From positions 2,848,001 through 2,912,000 of the forward strand of contig OZ241867.1 of assembly GCA_965203175.1 (NCBI GenBank): a DNA stretch of 64,000 bases. Direction: 5' to 3'. This document shows positions 9,572-20,500 of the stretch, piece after piece (positions within the stretch are counted from its first letter, which is position 1; every line of letters begins with the position of its first letter). Under the pieces are notes generated by a model. The model saw only the letters and a program-made list of their open reading frames with translations, was not told the origin of the DNA and searched no databases. The DNA comes from Candidatus Latescibacterota bacterium. Lineage in GTDB: Bacteria; Latescibacterota; UBA2968; UBA8231. The position numbers and the translations under genes are program-made.

Positions 9572-12061
9572 ATGAGCGATTCGTTTGTACCGTTGGATTT
9601 GAGCGCAACTTACAACGCTGGCACTGGCAATGTTGAGTCTGAAGACGGCAAACTCTGGCCGGCACCCGACGACGCGCCCGACAATACGCCGCTCGTGGGG
9701 CTGCCCTGGGGTGAGCATCAGTTTTGGGGCGTGCCCTTTAGCTTGGCAGCCGCTGGGGCTGACCGGGCCGTGGTACTGGTAGCGCAAGAGGCTGGAGACG
9801 AGTTGAGTGCGTCGGTGGAGATCCCGGTAAACGACAAGGCGCGGCGCATCCTCTACGCCCACACTTGTGCGCCGGTGTCGGGAGAATGGGCCACGGTCGA
9901 AGGCACGGGCGAGGAGATTGGGACCTATCGCGTCCTCTATGCCGATGGTAGCTCGGTCGAGCAGCCATTGCGCCGTCGCTTTGAAATCCACGACGTGCAG
10001 ATACCTTGGGGGCATCATCCCTTTCTCTGCCGCAATTGTCGCCACTACTACTCGATACCGCTGAACAGCCGCGAGCACAGCTATGGCATGGCGCAGACTG
10101 GGGCCCTTACGCGCGAAGGCGGAGACCTCCAGGGTTGGTGGCTCTACGACTGGGAAAATCCCGCACCCGACAAGGAGATTGCGGCGATTGAAGTATCGGC
10201 GGCTGGTCCTACGGCGCTAGCTTTGGCCGGTATTACTCTCTGCCACGAGGAGTGCGATCCCTTTGCTTGGCCGGCGCGGCAGGAAGTGGTGCTACGGGTC
10301 GATGCCGAAGGAGCGCCCGAGGTGGCGATGGAGCGCGGCGAAATCGTGCGCCAGGATCAGCTCTGGGTGCCGAGCGCGGATTTTCTCACTTCCGAGGAGG
10401 CGGGCTGGGGCAGGGGTGGACAGGAGACGGTCGATGGTGGCTATCTGGAAATCCATGGATCAACAGAAGGGCAACTCGCCATCACGGCTGGGGACGACGT
10501 CGAAGAGCGCATTTGTTGGGGTGACGTGCTGAAAGAAAAGAAGGTCGCCCAGGGGAAAGTGCGTATTGAGGTCGTCGCACCGTCCGGCAAGCAGTGGGTC
10601 CACGTGCGGGTCGAGGACGCGGATACCGGCCAGCCCGTGGGAACCCGCGTCCACTTCCGCACTGAGAACGGAGCCTATCTGGCGCCGCACGGGCACCAAG
10701 CCGACGTCAATGTGGCGTGGTTCGAGGACATGGGCGGCGACTGTAAGACCGGGGGCGTGCCCTACGCGTACATCGACGGCACCTGCCAGATCGACTTGCC
10801 CATCGGCCCGGTGTACGCCGAGGTCGTGCGCGGTTTTGAATATCAGCCGCTGCGTCAGCAAGTTGAGATCAAGCCTGGACAAAACGCGCTGACCCTCAAG
10901 GTCAAACGCGCCTTTGACATGAAACAGCGCGGGTACTATTCGGGGGATACCCACGTGCATTTTCTATCCTCTCAGTCGTCGCGCCTAGAGGCCGAAGGCG
11001 AAGACCTCAATGTGGTGCATTTGTTGGCCAGCCAGTGGGGTCGGCTGTTTACTTCGTGGGAGGAGTTTACCGGCGGCTTGGCACCGACTAGCAGTGACAA
11101 TCACTTGGTTTGGGTCAGCCAGGAGAACCGGCAGCACGTACTTGGGCACATTAGTTTGCTCGGCCTCAAGGAACTGGTCGCGCCGATGTGTACCGGCGGG
11201 GCCAATGAGGATTGGGTCGGCGGCTCGGTGGATGCGCTGATGGCCGATTGGGCCGAAGAGTGCAAAAAACAGGGCGGGCTGGTCATTATGCCGCACATGC
11301 CGCTGCCCGACTTTGAGAACGCGGCCAACATCGTCTTGGGCCACGCTGACGCCGGCGAGATGTGCTGGATTTGGGAAGGCGAGCAGATCAGTTCGGCTGA
11401 GCTGGGCTACTACCGCTGGCTCAACGTGGGTCAGAAGCTGCCGATTGTCGGAGGCACGGACAAGATGTCCAATAACCGCATTTTGGGCGGCTCGCGCACG
11501 TACGTCAAGCTGCGCGATGACGAGGAGTTTACCTTTGACAATTGGTGCCAAGCCGTGCGCCGCGGTCAGACGTTTGCCAGCACTGGCGCGATGATTGATC
11601 TGAAGGTCGAGGGGCGGGAGATGGGCGAGGAAATCCACCTGCCCGGCAACGGCGGTACGGTCGAGGTGGTGGCGACCGCGGAAAGCGTCTGGCCGCTTAC
11701 TGGGCTGGAGCTGATTTGCAATGGCGAGTCTGTTGCGCGCGAAGCCGCCGCGCCCGGTGCCCAGCAGATCGAACTGAAGTTCAAGCTCAAGGCCAGTCGT
11801 TCCTGCTGGGTCGCGGCCCGCTGCTGGGGGCCACATTATACGGACGCCGGGCCGGTGATGGCCCATTCTTCGCCGGTCTATATCGACGTAGGAAGGCGCT
11901 GCGTGTTTGCGCCGGCGGAGGGCAATTATCTGCTGACGCACATGGAAGGTGGCATTGCTTGGGCCGAGAGAATCGGCGTCTTCCGCGACGAGGCGATCCG
12001 CCAGCGGCTGATTGGCCTGTTTAACGAGGCTCGGGGCGAGTTGCTCCGGCGAATGCAGTAA
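9572..12061 (+). CDS. CehA/McbA-family metallohydrolase, tandem paralogue of 7020-9503
   Basis: Collinear with the upstream gene: 'YYSGDTHVHFLS', 'SQENRQHVLGHI', 'VGGTDKM' and 'AHSSPVY'. Confidence 0.85.
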   Translation: MSDSFVPLDLSATYNAGTGNVESEDGKLWPAPDDAPDNTPLVGLPWGEHQFWGVPFSLAAAGADRAVVLVAQEAGDELSASVEIPVNDKARRILYAHTCAPVSGEWATVEGTGEEIGTYRVLYADGSSVEQPLRRRFEIHDVQIPWGHHPFLCRNCRHYYSIPLNSREHSYGMAQTGALTREGGDLQGWWLYDWENPAPDKEIAAIEVSAAGPTALALAGITLCHEECDPFAWPARQEVVLRVDAEGAPEVAMERGEIVRQDQLWVPSADFLTSEEAGWGRGGQETVDGGYLEIHGSTEGQLAITAGDDVEERICWGDVLKEKKVAQGKVRIEVVAPSGKQWVHVRVEDADTGQPVGTRVHFRTENGAYLAPHGHQADVNVAWFEDMGGDCKTGGVPYAYIDGTCQIDLPIGPVYAEVVRGFEYQPLRQQVEIKPGQNALTLKVKRAFDMKQRGYYSGDTHVHFLSSQSSRLEAEGEDLNVVHLLASQWGRLFTSWEEFTGGLAPTSSDNHLVWVSQENRQHVLGHISLLGLKELVAPMCTGGANEDWVGGSVDALMADWAEECKKQGGLVIMPHMPLPDFENAANIVLGHADAGEMCWIWEGEQISSAELGYYRWLNVGQKLPIVGGTDKMSNNRILGGSRTYVKLRDDEEFTFDNWCQAVRRGQTFASTGAMIDLKVEGREMGEEIHLPGNGGTVEVVATAESVWPLTGLELICNGESVAREAAAPGAQQIELKFKLKASRSCWVAARCWGPHYTDAGPVMAHSSPVYIDVGRRCVFAPAEGNYLLTHMEGGIAWAERIGVFRDEAIRQRLIGLFNEARGELLRRMQ

Positions 12062-12115
12062 AAGTGGCCAGTGATTAGATCGCTCTATAAGTACACGACA
12101 GTAGAAGTGGTATGG

Positions 12116-12200
12116 GATGCTTCGCTTACGCTCAGCATGACAAGACCGCCGAGTGACCGCCGCTGTCATGCTGAGCGGAGCGCAGCGGAGTCGAAGCATC
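12116..12200. repeat. Intergenic palindromic (REP/BIME-like) element
   Basis: GATGCTTCG (12116-24) pairs with CGAAGCATC (12192-200), and CGCTCAGCATGACA (12129-42) pairs with TGTCATGCTGAGCG (12164-77). Confidence 0.8.
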
Positions 12201-12255
12201 TGATACCTCGATCCCTATGCGTACCCACCACTCACTACTAACCGAAACGAATCCC

Positions 12256-13140
12256 ATGCTCAACCAAGCACAAATCGATGAATTTCACCGCAACGGCTTT
12301 CTCAATGGCGGGCGGGTACTCTCCGACGAGGAGCTCGGCGAATTGAGCGACGCGCTCGACGAAATCTTGGACAAAGGCCCCGATGGCTTTGCCCCCGGTG
12401 AAGCGCAGCCGGTATCCTTCCGCGACCTAGCCGGCGGCGGTGGCGTCAGCGACCATCCCGTATGGCAGATCGTCAATATCTGGGAAGCTGCGCCCGCTTG
12501 GGAGCGGCTCATTTACCAGCCGGCTGTCGTGCGGGGGATCAGTCAACTCACCGGCCATGCCGATCTCCAAGTCTGGCACGACCAGATCCAGTACAAACCC
12601 GCGCGCTACGGCGGCTCAACCCACTGGCACCAAGACGCGCCCCTGTGGCCGATTATCAAGCCAATGACGCCGGTCTCGGCGTGGATCCCCTTGGACGACG
12701 CGACCGAGGAAAACGGCTGCATGTGGATGGTGCCCGGCAGCCACAAGTGGGGCAACCAGATTGCATTTTTGCGCACGCAGGGCGATTTGTCGCTGTTGGA
12801 AAACTTCAAGGATTTACAGGGCTTTATTCCGCCGGCCGACGCTGAGATCCGCGAGGTGGCAGCGCGGCCGTGTCCGGTGATGCGCGGGGAGGTGTCCTTC
12901 CACCATTCCATGACTTGGCACGGCTCGCCCTTCAATCAGTCGCCGCGACCTCGGCGCGCCATTGCCGTCCACTACATGACCGGCGCGGCGCGCTTCGACC
13001 AAAGCGGCGAGCACTTGATGAAGCAGTTCGTCGATTTGCCCGACAATGCGCCCATGGCCGAGGCTGGCCCGCACTTTCCGGTGGTGTGCCGCAATGGGGA
13101 GCCGGTGGGGGTACCGGAGCGGTTGCGGGTGACGAGCTAA
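12256..13140 (+). CDS. PhyH family dioxygenase
   Basis: 'LNQAQIDEFHRNGFL', 'HWHQD', 'AWIPLDDATEENGCMWMVPGSH' and 'HHSMTWHGSPFNQS.RPRRA'. Alternative ATG at 12217. Confidence 0.9.
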   Translation: MLNQAQIDEFHRNGFLNGGRVLSDEELGELSDALDEILDKGPDGFAPGEAQPVSFRDLAGGGGVSDHPVWQIVNIWEAAPAWERLIYQPAVVRGISQLTGHADLQVWHDQIQYKPARYGGSTHWHQDAPLWPIIKPMTPVSAWIPLDDATEENGCMWMVPGSHKWGNQIAFLRTQGDLSLLENFKDLQGFIPPADAEIREVAARPCPVMRGEVSFHHSMTWHGSPFNQSPRPRRAIAVHYMTGAARFDQSGEHLMKQFVDLPDNAPMAEAGPHFPVVCRNGEPVGVPERLRVTS

Positions 13141-13141
13141 G

Positions 13142-14383
13142 CTACTCGGACTTCTGAGGAGTGGCTGGCGACTGGGCAAAAACGGTTGACCAGTCCATCC
13201 GACCAGTGAGCTGCATGGCGACAAAAAGGGTGGCGATGCACAGGACGGTAATGGCCAAGCCGGTATAGCCGACGAAGAAGAAGGTGTAGGAAAAGAGCAC
13301 CAAGTAGATGAATTGGGCCAAGCCAATCTCCACCAAGGCCAGCCGCAGGCCGACTACCAGACGCATGTAGGAGACGACCAAGAAAACAGACACTGCCGCA
13401 GCCAGAAAAAAGGCGTAGTGGATGAGCAAATGGTCGGCTAGATAGGCCAAAAGCAAGTGAAAGCTGAAAAAGGCCGCGCCGATGAAGAAGTAATTCATCG
13501 GATGGATGTCGATGCCTTTGACCGTGGCAAAGACGAAGAGAACAAAGAAAAAGAGAAAGAGGGATATGGGCGCGGCTTGGGTCACGTCTTGTACCCAAGG
13601 ACCTGGATTGAGGCGGGCAGGCATGACCATGCCGAGGGAAGCCCCAGTGAGCAGGCGGTCGTACTGCCAAGTGAGACGCCAGCCATCGGCGGTGCGCTCC
13701 TTTTGAGTGGGTGCTAGGCTTTCGCGCGGGAAGTCGATGGCGTCGAAATCAGTGTGCATAACCAATTCAAAGTCGGAGACTTGCTCGACGTGGTCGCCGA
13801 AGCGGTACCACCATTCTTCTAAACCCTGCGATTGATAGGAAAGACGGATCTGGCGACTCTGGCCCGGCGCTAAGTGCAACGGCTGTTGCAAGTGCCCTTC
13901 TGCCAGCGGCAGCGGGGCGATGGGTTGGCCGTCGATGGACAGGGTGAAATCATCGTACACAGCTTGGGAAGTAGGCAGGGCTAGATCGAACGTCAGGTCT
14001 AGGGGATAGTCGGTCTCGTTGGTCGCAGTATAGGTGGCGTTCAGTGCCACTTGGTAGGTGGAGTACCACAGCAGGCCCTTGCGGCGGTGTTCGAGGTGTA
14101 GATCGACTTGTAGGCGGCTGGCTTCTAGGGGCAGGAGATGTCGCCGCTCTTTGGAGTGCTCTGTCGCTTGGCCGTCAGGGGTCTGTGTGACGACGGTTTC
14201 CTCAGTGGTCCAGTACAGGAGGGGGGCGCGTTGGGACTGAGAAGTGCCCCACAATTGGCCCACCGCGGCTTTGAGCTTGGTGTCTTGCTGGTGGGTGCGG
14301 TGCGAGACGACCTGTGCCAAGATGATCCAAGCGACACTTGTGCAGGCAAAGATAAAGCCGATAGCGGCAATGCGGTATAGCAT
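13142..14383 (-). CDS. CreD-family inner membrane protein
   Basis: N-terminal TM, then a periplasmic domain, then six hydrophobic segments with 'IHPMNYFFIG..FFSFHLLLAYL'. ATG 14383 preceded by GAAGGAGG. Confidence 0.75.
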   Translation of the reverse strand: MLYRIAAIGFIFACTSVAWIILAQVVSHRTHQQDTKLKAAVGQLWGTSQSQRAPLLYWTTEETVVTQTPDGQATEHSKERRHLLPLEASRLQVDLHLEHRRKGLLWYSTYQVALNATYTATNETDYPLDLTFDLALPTSQAVYDDFTLSIDGQPIAPLPLAEGHLQQPLHLAPGQSRQIRLSYQSQGLEEWWYRFGDHVEQVSDFELVMHTDFDAIDFPRESLAPTQKERTADGWRLTWQYDRLLTGASLGMVMPARLNPGPWVQDVTQAAPISLFLFFFVLFVFATVKGIDIHPMNYFFIGAAFFSFHLLLAYLADHLLIHYAFFLAAAVSVFLVVSYMRLVVGLRLALVEIGLAQFIYLVLFSYTFFFVGYTGLAITVLCIATLFVAMQLTGRMDWSTVFAQSPATPQKSE

Positions 14384-14545
14384 GGAGCCCTCCTTCAACT
14401 GCGTTTGAACGTCTCGCCGATAGCTAAAGTTCCGCGTATAGATAAAGTAATCGCCTCAGGGGCGGTCCTCCAGCCAGTGCTGAAAGAAGCCGCGTCCGTC
14501 GGTTTGCTTGCTAGACGGAATGCTTGGGGCCGATATTGGAACGCT

Positions 14546-17500
14546 ATGACTGCGCTGATTGCCTTTTTGGTCGTTTTTGCTATCGGCCCGGTGGCGGCTT
14601 CTACAGGGCCGCGGGCTGTTGTGGAGCATCTGTCCTCGCTGGGATCGCGGGTGGCGGGCTATCCGGGGAGTGCTCAGGCGGCGGAGTATATAGAAGGGCA
14701 GTTGCAGGCGTTGGGACTGGCGACGCGACGCGACTCCTTTGCGGTGGTGGTGCCGATGGACCGGGGCGGACGGTTGGAATGGGAAGATGAGTCGGTCGCT
14801 TTGTACGCGGTGTGGCCGAATGGGGTGCGGACTTCGACCGTGCCGCCGGAGGGGTTGCGAGTGCCAGCGATTTGGGGTGGTGATGGGAATTGGGGGGATT
14901 TTAATGGGCGGGAGGTGGCTGGGCGGGTGGTGGTGCTGGACTTTGCCAGTGAGGACGCTTGGTTGAAGGCCGCGTCGTTGGGGGCGCGGGCGGTGGTGTT
15001 TGTGGCTGCGGAGTCGGCTACTACGCAGCAGGCGCAGGGCAAGTACGTGCAGGTACCGTTGGATGTGCCGCGCTTTTGGGTGGAGGGGGCCGCTGGGGAG
15101 CGGCTGCGGCGGCGGTTGGTAGATGGAGAGGTGGAGGTGGGGCTGTGGGGGCGGATGGATTGGCAGAAGCGGATGGCGTACAACGTGTGGGCGGTAGTGC
15201 CGGGGAAGGATGCGGGGACCTTGCGGGATAAGACAGTGCTCGTCCATGCGTATTACGACGCGCCGTCGGTGGTGCCCGCGCGAGCACCAGGGGCAGAGGC
15301 GGCGGTGAGCGTAGCGGCGCTGTTGGAGGTGGCCACTCGCTTGCGAGAGAACCCACCGGCGCACACGGTGATACTCGCCGCGCTGAGTGCCCACTTCCAA
15401 GGGCGGCAGGGCATGGTCGCCTTTCTCGACAGGCACGCCCGCCGCCAAGAGCACTACGCGGCCCGGCTCGCCGAGCCGCTGGATATTGCCCTGTTCATTG
15501 GCCTCGATTTGTCCAGCCACGGCGAGCGGGTGGTGCTGTGGAACAACACGGACAGCTACGCGCTCAAGCGGTTTTTCGTGCCCTTTGGCCGTCGCTTTAC
15601 CGAGTACGCGGAGGCACTGGGCCGCGGCGAGGCAGTGGCCAATGGCATCAGCCCAATTCGGGGGATGGATTGGGACAGCTACATGCCCGGGGGGTTGGCC
15701 GCCGATGGGGAGTTGGCGCTCGAGGCGGGATTTCCGTCGCTGACGCTGGCCACGGTGGGCGACGCTCGTTTTGCGCTGGATTTGCCGCTGGGCGAGAAAC
15801 TGGCGTGGGATAATGTGGAAGGACAGGCGGCGTTAGTGGCCGATCTGCTGGCTCATGCGTTGGCCGATACGGCGCTATTGGCTGGGCGGGAGCGGCTCGA
15901 GGCGGTGTTGAAAGATCGGTTGCGGGATTTGCGGGTCAAAGCGCGGACGTTCCCCCGGCGCAGTCAGGTGCCGGACCGGCCGGTGGCCGGGGCGCTGGTG
16001 GCGGTGCAGGTGGAGCAAGAAGAGCGCAAAGGAGTGCGCGACGTGCGCTACTTTCTCACGGATGCCGCTGGGCTGGCGCGGGTACCTGGGCTGGTACAGG
16101 GGACGTATCCGCTGGTGGTAGCGGTGCTGAACGCCGAGCGGGGGACGCTTACTCACGTAGTGAACTTGAGTAAGCGCGCGCAAGCGCACCACGGGAAACC
16201 GCGGGCGGATGGTCGCTTGGCCAAGAATGTGCGCTGGCTGCAAAACGAGCAGATCGCCGTGCTATTTCCCGGAGTGGGTCGTCCCCTGTACGGCTTGGTC
16301 GAGCCGCGCCTTTTGCGCGCGTTGAACCAAGTAAAAGTGTTGTCGGCGGCCGGGAGCGAGCCGGGCCAGTACGGGTACGCGCTGGGTTCAAGCAGCATCG
16401 GCTCGGTGGGGGTGATCTACGGGCCGGTCGATGCCACAGCCGGCGACCGCGTCAAAGTGATTTTGGACGGTCAGTTTTTGCTGCTCAACAGCGAGGGCAG
16501 CCAAAGCGAGGCCGAGGCGCGGGGCCAGGGGTTTCTGCTGATCGAGGAGGGATTTGGGAGCGCGACGCTACAGGCGGCGCGGGACCTGTGGAACTTGGAT
16601 GCGGCGCGGTTGGGGATACTCAAGGAGCACGGCATTGAAAATCAGCGGTTGACGCGCCTGCACGCGCAGACGGCGACGGCCATAGCCGAGGCGGAAGTAG
16701 CGGCTGAGCAGCTAAAGTGGGATGAGCACGTGGCGTGGAGCCGCAAGGCGCTGGGCTTGGAGACGCGGGCCTATCCAGAGGTCTTGGCGACGCTCAACGA
16801 CGTCCTCGAAGGGGTGATCTTCTTTATGGCGCTGTTGTTGCCGGCAGCCTTTTTCGGGGAGCGGCTGTTGTTTGCCGCGGCCGATATTCGCCGGCAGCTC
16901 GCTGGCTTTGGGCTGTTATTGCTGGCGATTTGGCTGATTTTGGCGCAGGTGCATCCAGCCTTTGAGTTGGCCGAGCCGCTGGTGGTGCTGTTGGCGTTTG
17001 CCATCATGGCAATGGCTGCCTTCGTGCTCTTTATGCTGGTAAGCCGGTTCAATCGCGTCATGGCCCAGCACCAGAGCCAACAGATGCGGGTCCACACCCA
17101 AGACCTGAGTCGCTTGAGCGCGAGTTATGCGGCCTTCATGTTGGGGATTTCCAATATGCGGCGGCGCCCCTTGCGCACCGGTCTGACACTGGCGACGCTG
17201 ACGCTTTTGACGTTTACCCTGCTCTCTTTTACCTCGTTTGAACAGCAAATCCGCTACGCGAGTTTCCGGCTGCCTCACGCTGGAGCGTACCCCGGAATCC
17301 TCATCCGCGACCGCGGCTGGGAGCGCCTGACGCCGGAGGCGCTCGATTACGCCGAGTCGCACTTTGGCGGCAGCGGCTGGATGGGGCGGCGCGGTTGGTA
17401 CGCGGCCGAAGGCGGCAAGGGAGGCTGGATCGCGGTGGCGGCAGCAGGGAACGCAGTGCGGGCCACGGGTTTGTTGGGCCTGACGCCGGAGGAGGCGCAG

Positions 17501-20500
17501 ATCACCGAGGTGGATAAGAGCTTGGTGGCCGGGTCGTTTTTTGCCGCGGATGACGAGGCTACCTGCATCCTGCCATTGGACATGGCTGAGGCGTTGGGCG
17601 TCGGGGTTGGGGACCAGATCGAGGTGTTCGGGCGCGCGCTGGAGGTGCGCGGGATTGCCGACTCAGAGCGGTTGGGTGAATTGCGCGACCTCGACGACGA
17701 GAGCATGATGCCAGCCGATTTTGTCCTGTCGAGCGCAGAGATGCTTCAGCTAGGGACGGCGCAGGACGTGGATATTGCCAGCGAGGAGGAGCTACGCGAA
17801 CTGCGGCCCTTCATCCACCTAAAGCCGCACCACGTGGTCCTCGTACCCTATCAAACGCTGGCCGAGGCCGGGGGCAGCTTGCGCTCGGTGGCCGTGCGCT
17901 TTCCAGAAGCGACCGACGGGCAGGCGCTGGTCGAGGACTATCTGACGCGGGTAGCGGTTACCTTGTTCGTCAGCTCGCCGGCAGGGGAGGTGATGGCCCT
18001 CAGTTCGGTGGGACTGACGGCTGTGCAGGGGCTGGGGGCGCTGGCGATTCCTGCGCTGGTGGCCGCACTCATTGTACTCAATGCGATGCTGGGGGCGGTG
18101 TACGAACGCCTGCGCGAGATCGGCATCTACTCTTCGGTGGGGCTGGCACCCTTGCACATCGCGCTGCTGTTTGTGGCCGAAGCCTGTGTCTATGCGGTGC
18201 TGGGGACGACGTTGGGCTATTTGTTGGGTCAGGGGTTGGGGAAGGTGCTGTTGGCGCTGGGGCTGTTGCAGGGCATTACCCTGAACTACTCGTCGCTGGC
18301 GGCGATTGGGGCCGCGCTGGCGGTGATGGGGGTGGTGTTGCTATCGACGATCTATCCGGCGCGGCAGGCGGCGCGGCAGGCGGTGCCAGACGTGGTGCGT
18401 CGCTGGCGGCCGGACCCGCCCAGCGGCGACGAGTGGCTGTTTGAGTTCCCCTTCATGCTCGGTGAGGGAGAGGTCGAGGGGGTGTGCGGCTTTTTGGCCA
18501 ACTACTTTGGGGCCTTTGGTCGGGCGACGCTGGGGGATTTTTACGTCGAGGATATGCAAGTTGCGCAGGCCGATGGCTATCGCCTCTCGTTTACCCTATG
18601 GCTGGCCCCGTTTGACTTGGGAGTGAGCCAAGAGGTGGTCGTGGAGTTCGCGTCGGCTGGTGCGCGCACGCGGGCGATGGAAGTCCGGTTGCGCCGACTG
18701 AGTGGCGAGCATCACTACTGGCAGCGGCTCAACCTGCGGCTGGTAGAGGCCCTGCGCAAGCAGATGTTGATTTGGTACGCACTCCGGGAGGCCGAGCGCG
18801 TCCAGCACGTGGAGTCAGCGCGGGCGCTGGCAGCCGAGCAGACCGAGGAGCGCGTGGAGGAACAATCGGGAGCGGAATCGCCGGTGTCCTTTACTTGGCG
18901 GGGGTTTGCCGTGGGGGCGCTGTTGGCCTTGTGCATCGGCGTGGGGGCACCCTACGCGATAATTATGCTGCAAGGGTCGTACATGGCGCTCAACAGTTCG
19001 TCACCCGGGGCGATCTTTCTGTTTTTTATCTTGGTGGTGGTGGTCAATACCCTGCTACGGGCGCTGGGCCGCGGCCTCGCCTTGGGGCGGGCCGATTTGG
19101 TGCTCATTTACGCGATGATGCTGTTGGCCTCGGCCGTGCCGACGCAGGCATTTGTCGGCTACCTGATTCCGATCATCAGCGGGCTGTACTACTACGCGAC
19201 CCCGGAAAACAACTGGGGTGACATTTTCTTTCCGCACGTGACGCCGTGGCTGGCGCCGCAGGACCGACAGGCGATTGTCGATTTGCACGAGGGGCTGCCG
19301 CCCGGGGAGGGCATTCCGTGGGCGGCTTGGAGCGAGACCCTGAGCTATTGGTACGTGTTCTTTTTAGTGCTGAGTTTTATGATGCTCTGCATGAGTTCCA
19401 TCCTGCACCGGCAGTGGTCGCAGCACGAGCGGCTGGCCTATCCCATGGTGCAACTGCCGCTCAAGATGGTAGAGGAGGGCCGGCCGGGGTCTAAGCTGGG
19501 GCCGCTTTTTAAGCAGCGGCTGTTGTGGATCGGCTTTGCGGTGCCGTTTGTCTTGTTGTCGCTCAAGGGGCTGCACTACTACTTCCCGGCAGTGCCACTG
19601 CCGATCCAGTCGGCTGGGCAACTGCCGTGGATCGGCACTAAGCTGAATTCGCATTGGGTGTATGCGTGGATCGGCTTTTTCTATTTGGTCAACTTGGATA
19701 TTTCCTTTTCAATTTGGTTTTTCTACCTCTTCAACAAGGCGCAAGAGGGGATTTTCTCCTCGTTGGGCATTGCCAGTACCGAAAAGCTCAGTCTCTACTC
19801 CTACTCGCAGACTGCGGATCTGACGCACGAGGTGATGGGGGCCTGTCTGATTTTTGTTGGCTATACCTTGTGGATGGGGCGGCGGCACTTGGGGGCGGTA
19901 TGGCGCAAGGCGTGGCGCGGCGATCCGACGGTGGATGATTCAGGAGAAATGCTTTCCTATCGGGTGGCGTTCTTTGGCTTTTTGGCCAGCCTGCTTTTCG
20001 TGGGCGTGTGGCTGTGGGCGTCTGGGGTGCCGCTGGCGATTTTGCCGCTGTTTTTGCTAGTGTGCTTGATCTTCTACGTGTTCGTCACGCGGGCAGTAGC
20101 CACGGCCGGACTAGCGACGGCGCGCTCGCCGATGGTGGCGGCGTTTTTCGTCATTTCCGCGGTTGGCGCACCGGTGATTGGTGCCAAGGGGCTGACGGCC
20201 CTGACCTTTACCTACGTCTGGCAGTCTGAGATGCGGCTTTTTCCGATGATTGCCGCGGCCAATTCGCTCAAGCTGGCCGAGGCGGTGGTTGGCTCTAAAA
20301 GGCGGCTGTTTTGGGGGATGGCGCTGGCGTTGGTGGTGAGTTTAGCCGGGGCGACGTGGATTATTTTTCAGGTGTGCTATGAGCACGGCGGGATCAATTT
20401 GCATCCGTTTTTTATGACCCGTCAGGCCAATCGCACGTTTACCGATATGGCGCGGCCGATCGTCGATCCGCTGCCAGCCGATATGCGCGGTTGGTTGTTC

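Noticed and set aside
10985-12199. 404-aa antisense ORF (likewise 2460-3440, 14456-15520, 24068-25132, 54276-55142)
   Set aside because: These are GC-rich shadow ORFs opposite well-supported genes. This one starts inside the palindromic repeat.
14405-14545. Longest-ORF starts at 740, 6915, 14405, 30201, 35314, 41246, 47636, 52968, 56070 and 58546
   Set aside because: Downstream ATGs have an RBS, a signal peptide or paralogue-matched N-termini. The extensions overlap neighbouring genes, promoters or a terminator.
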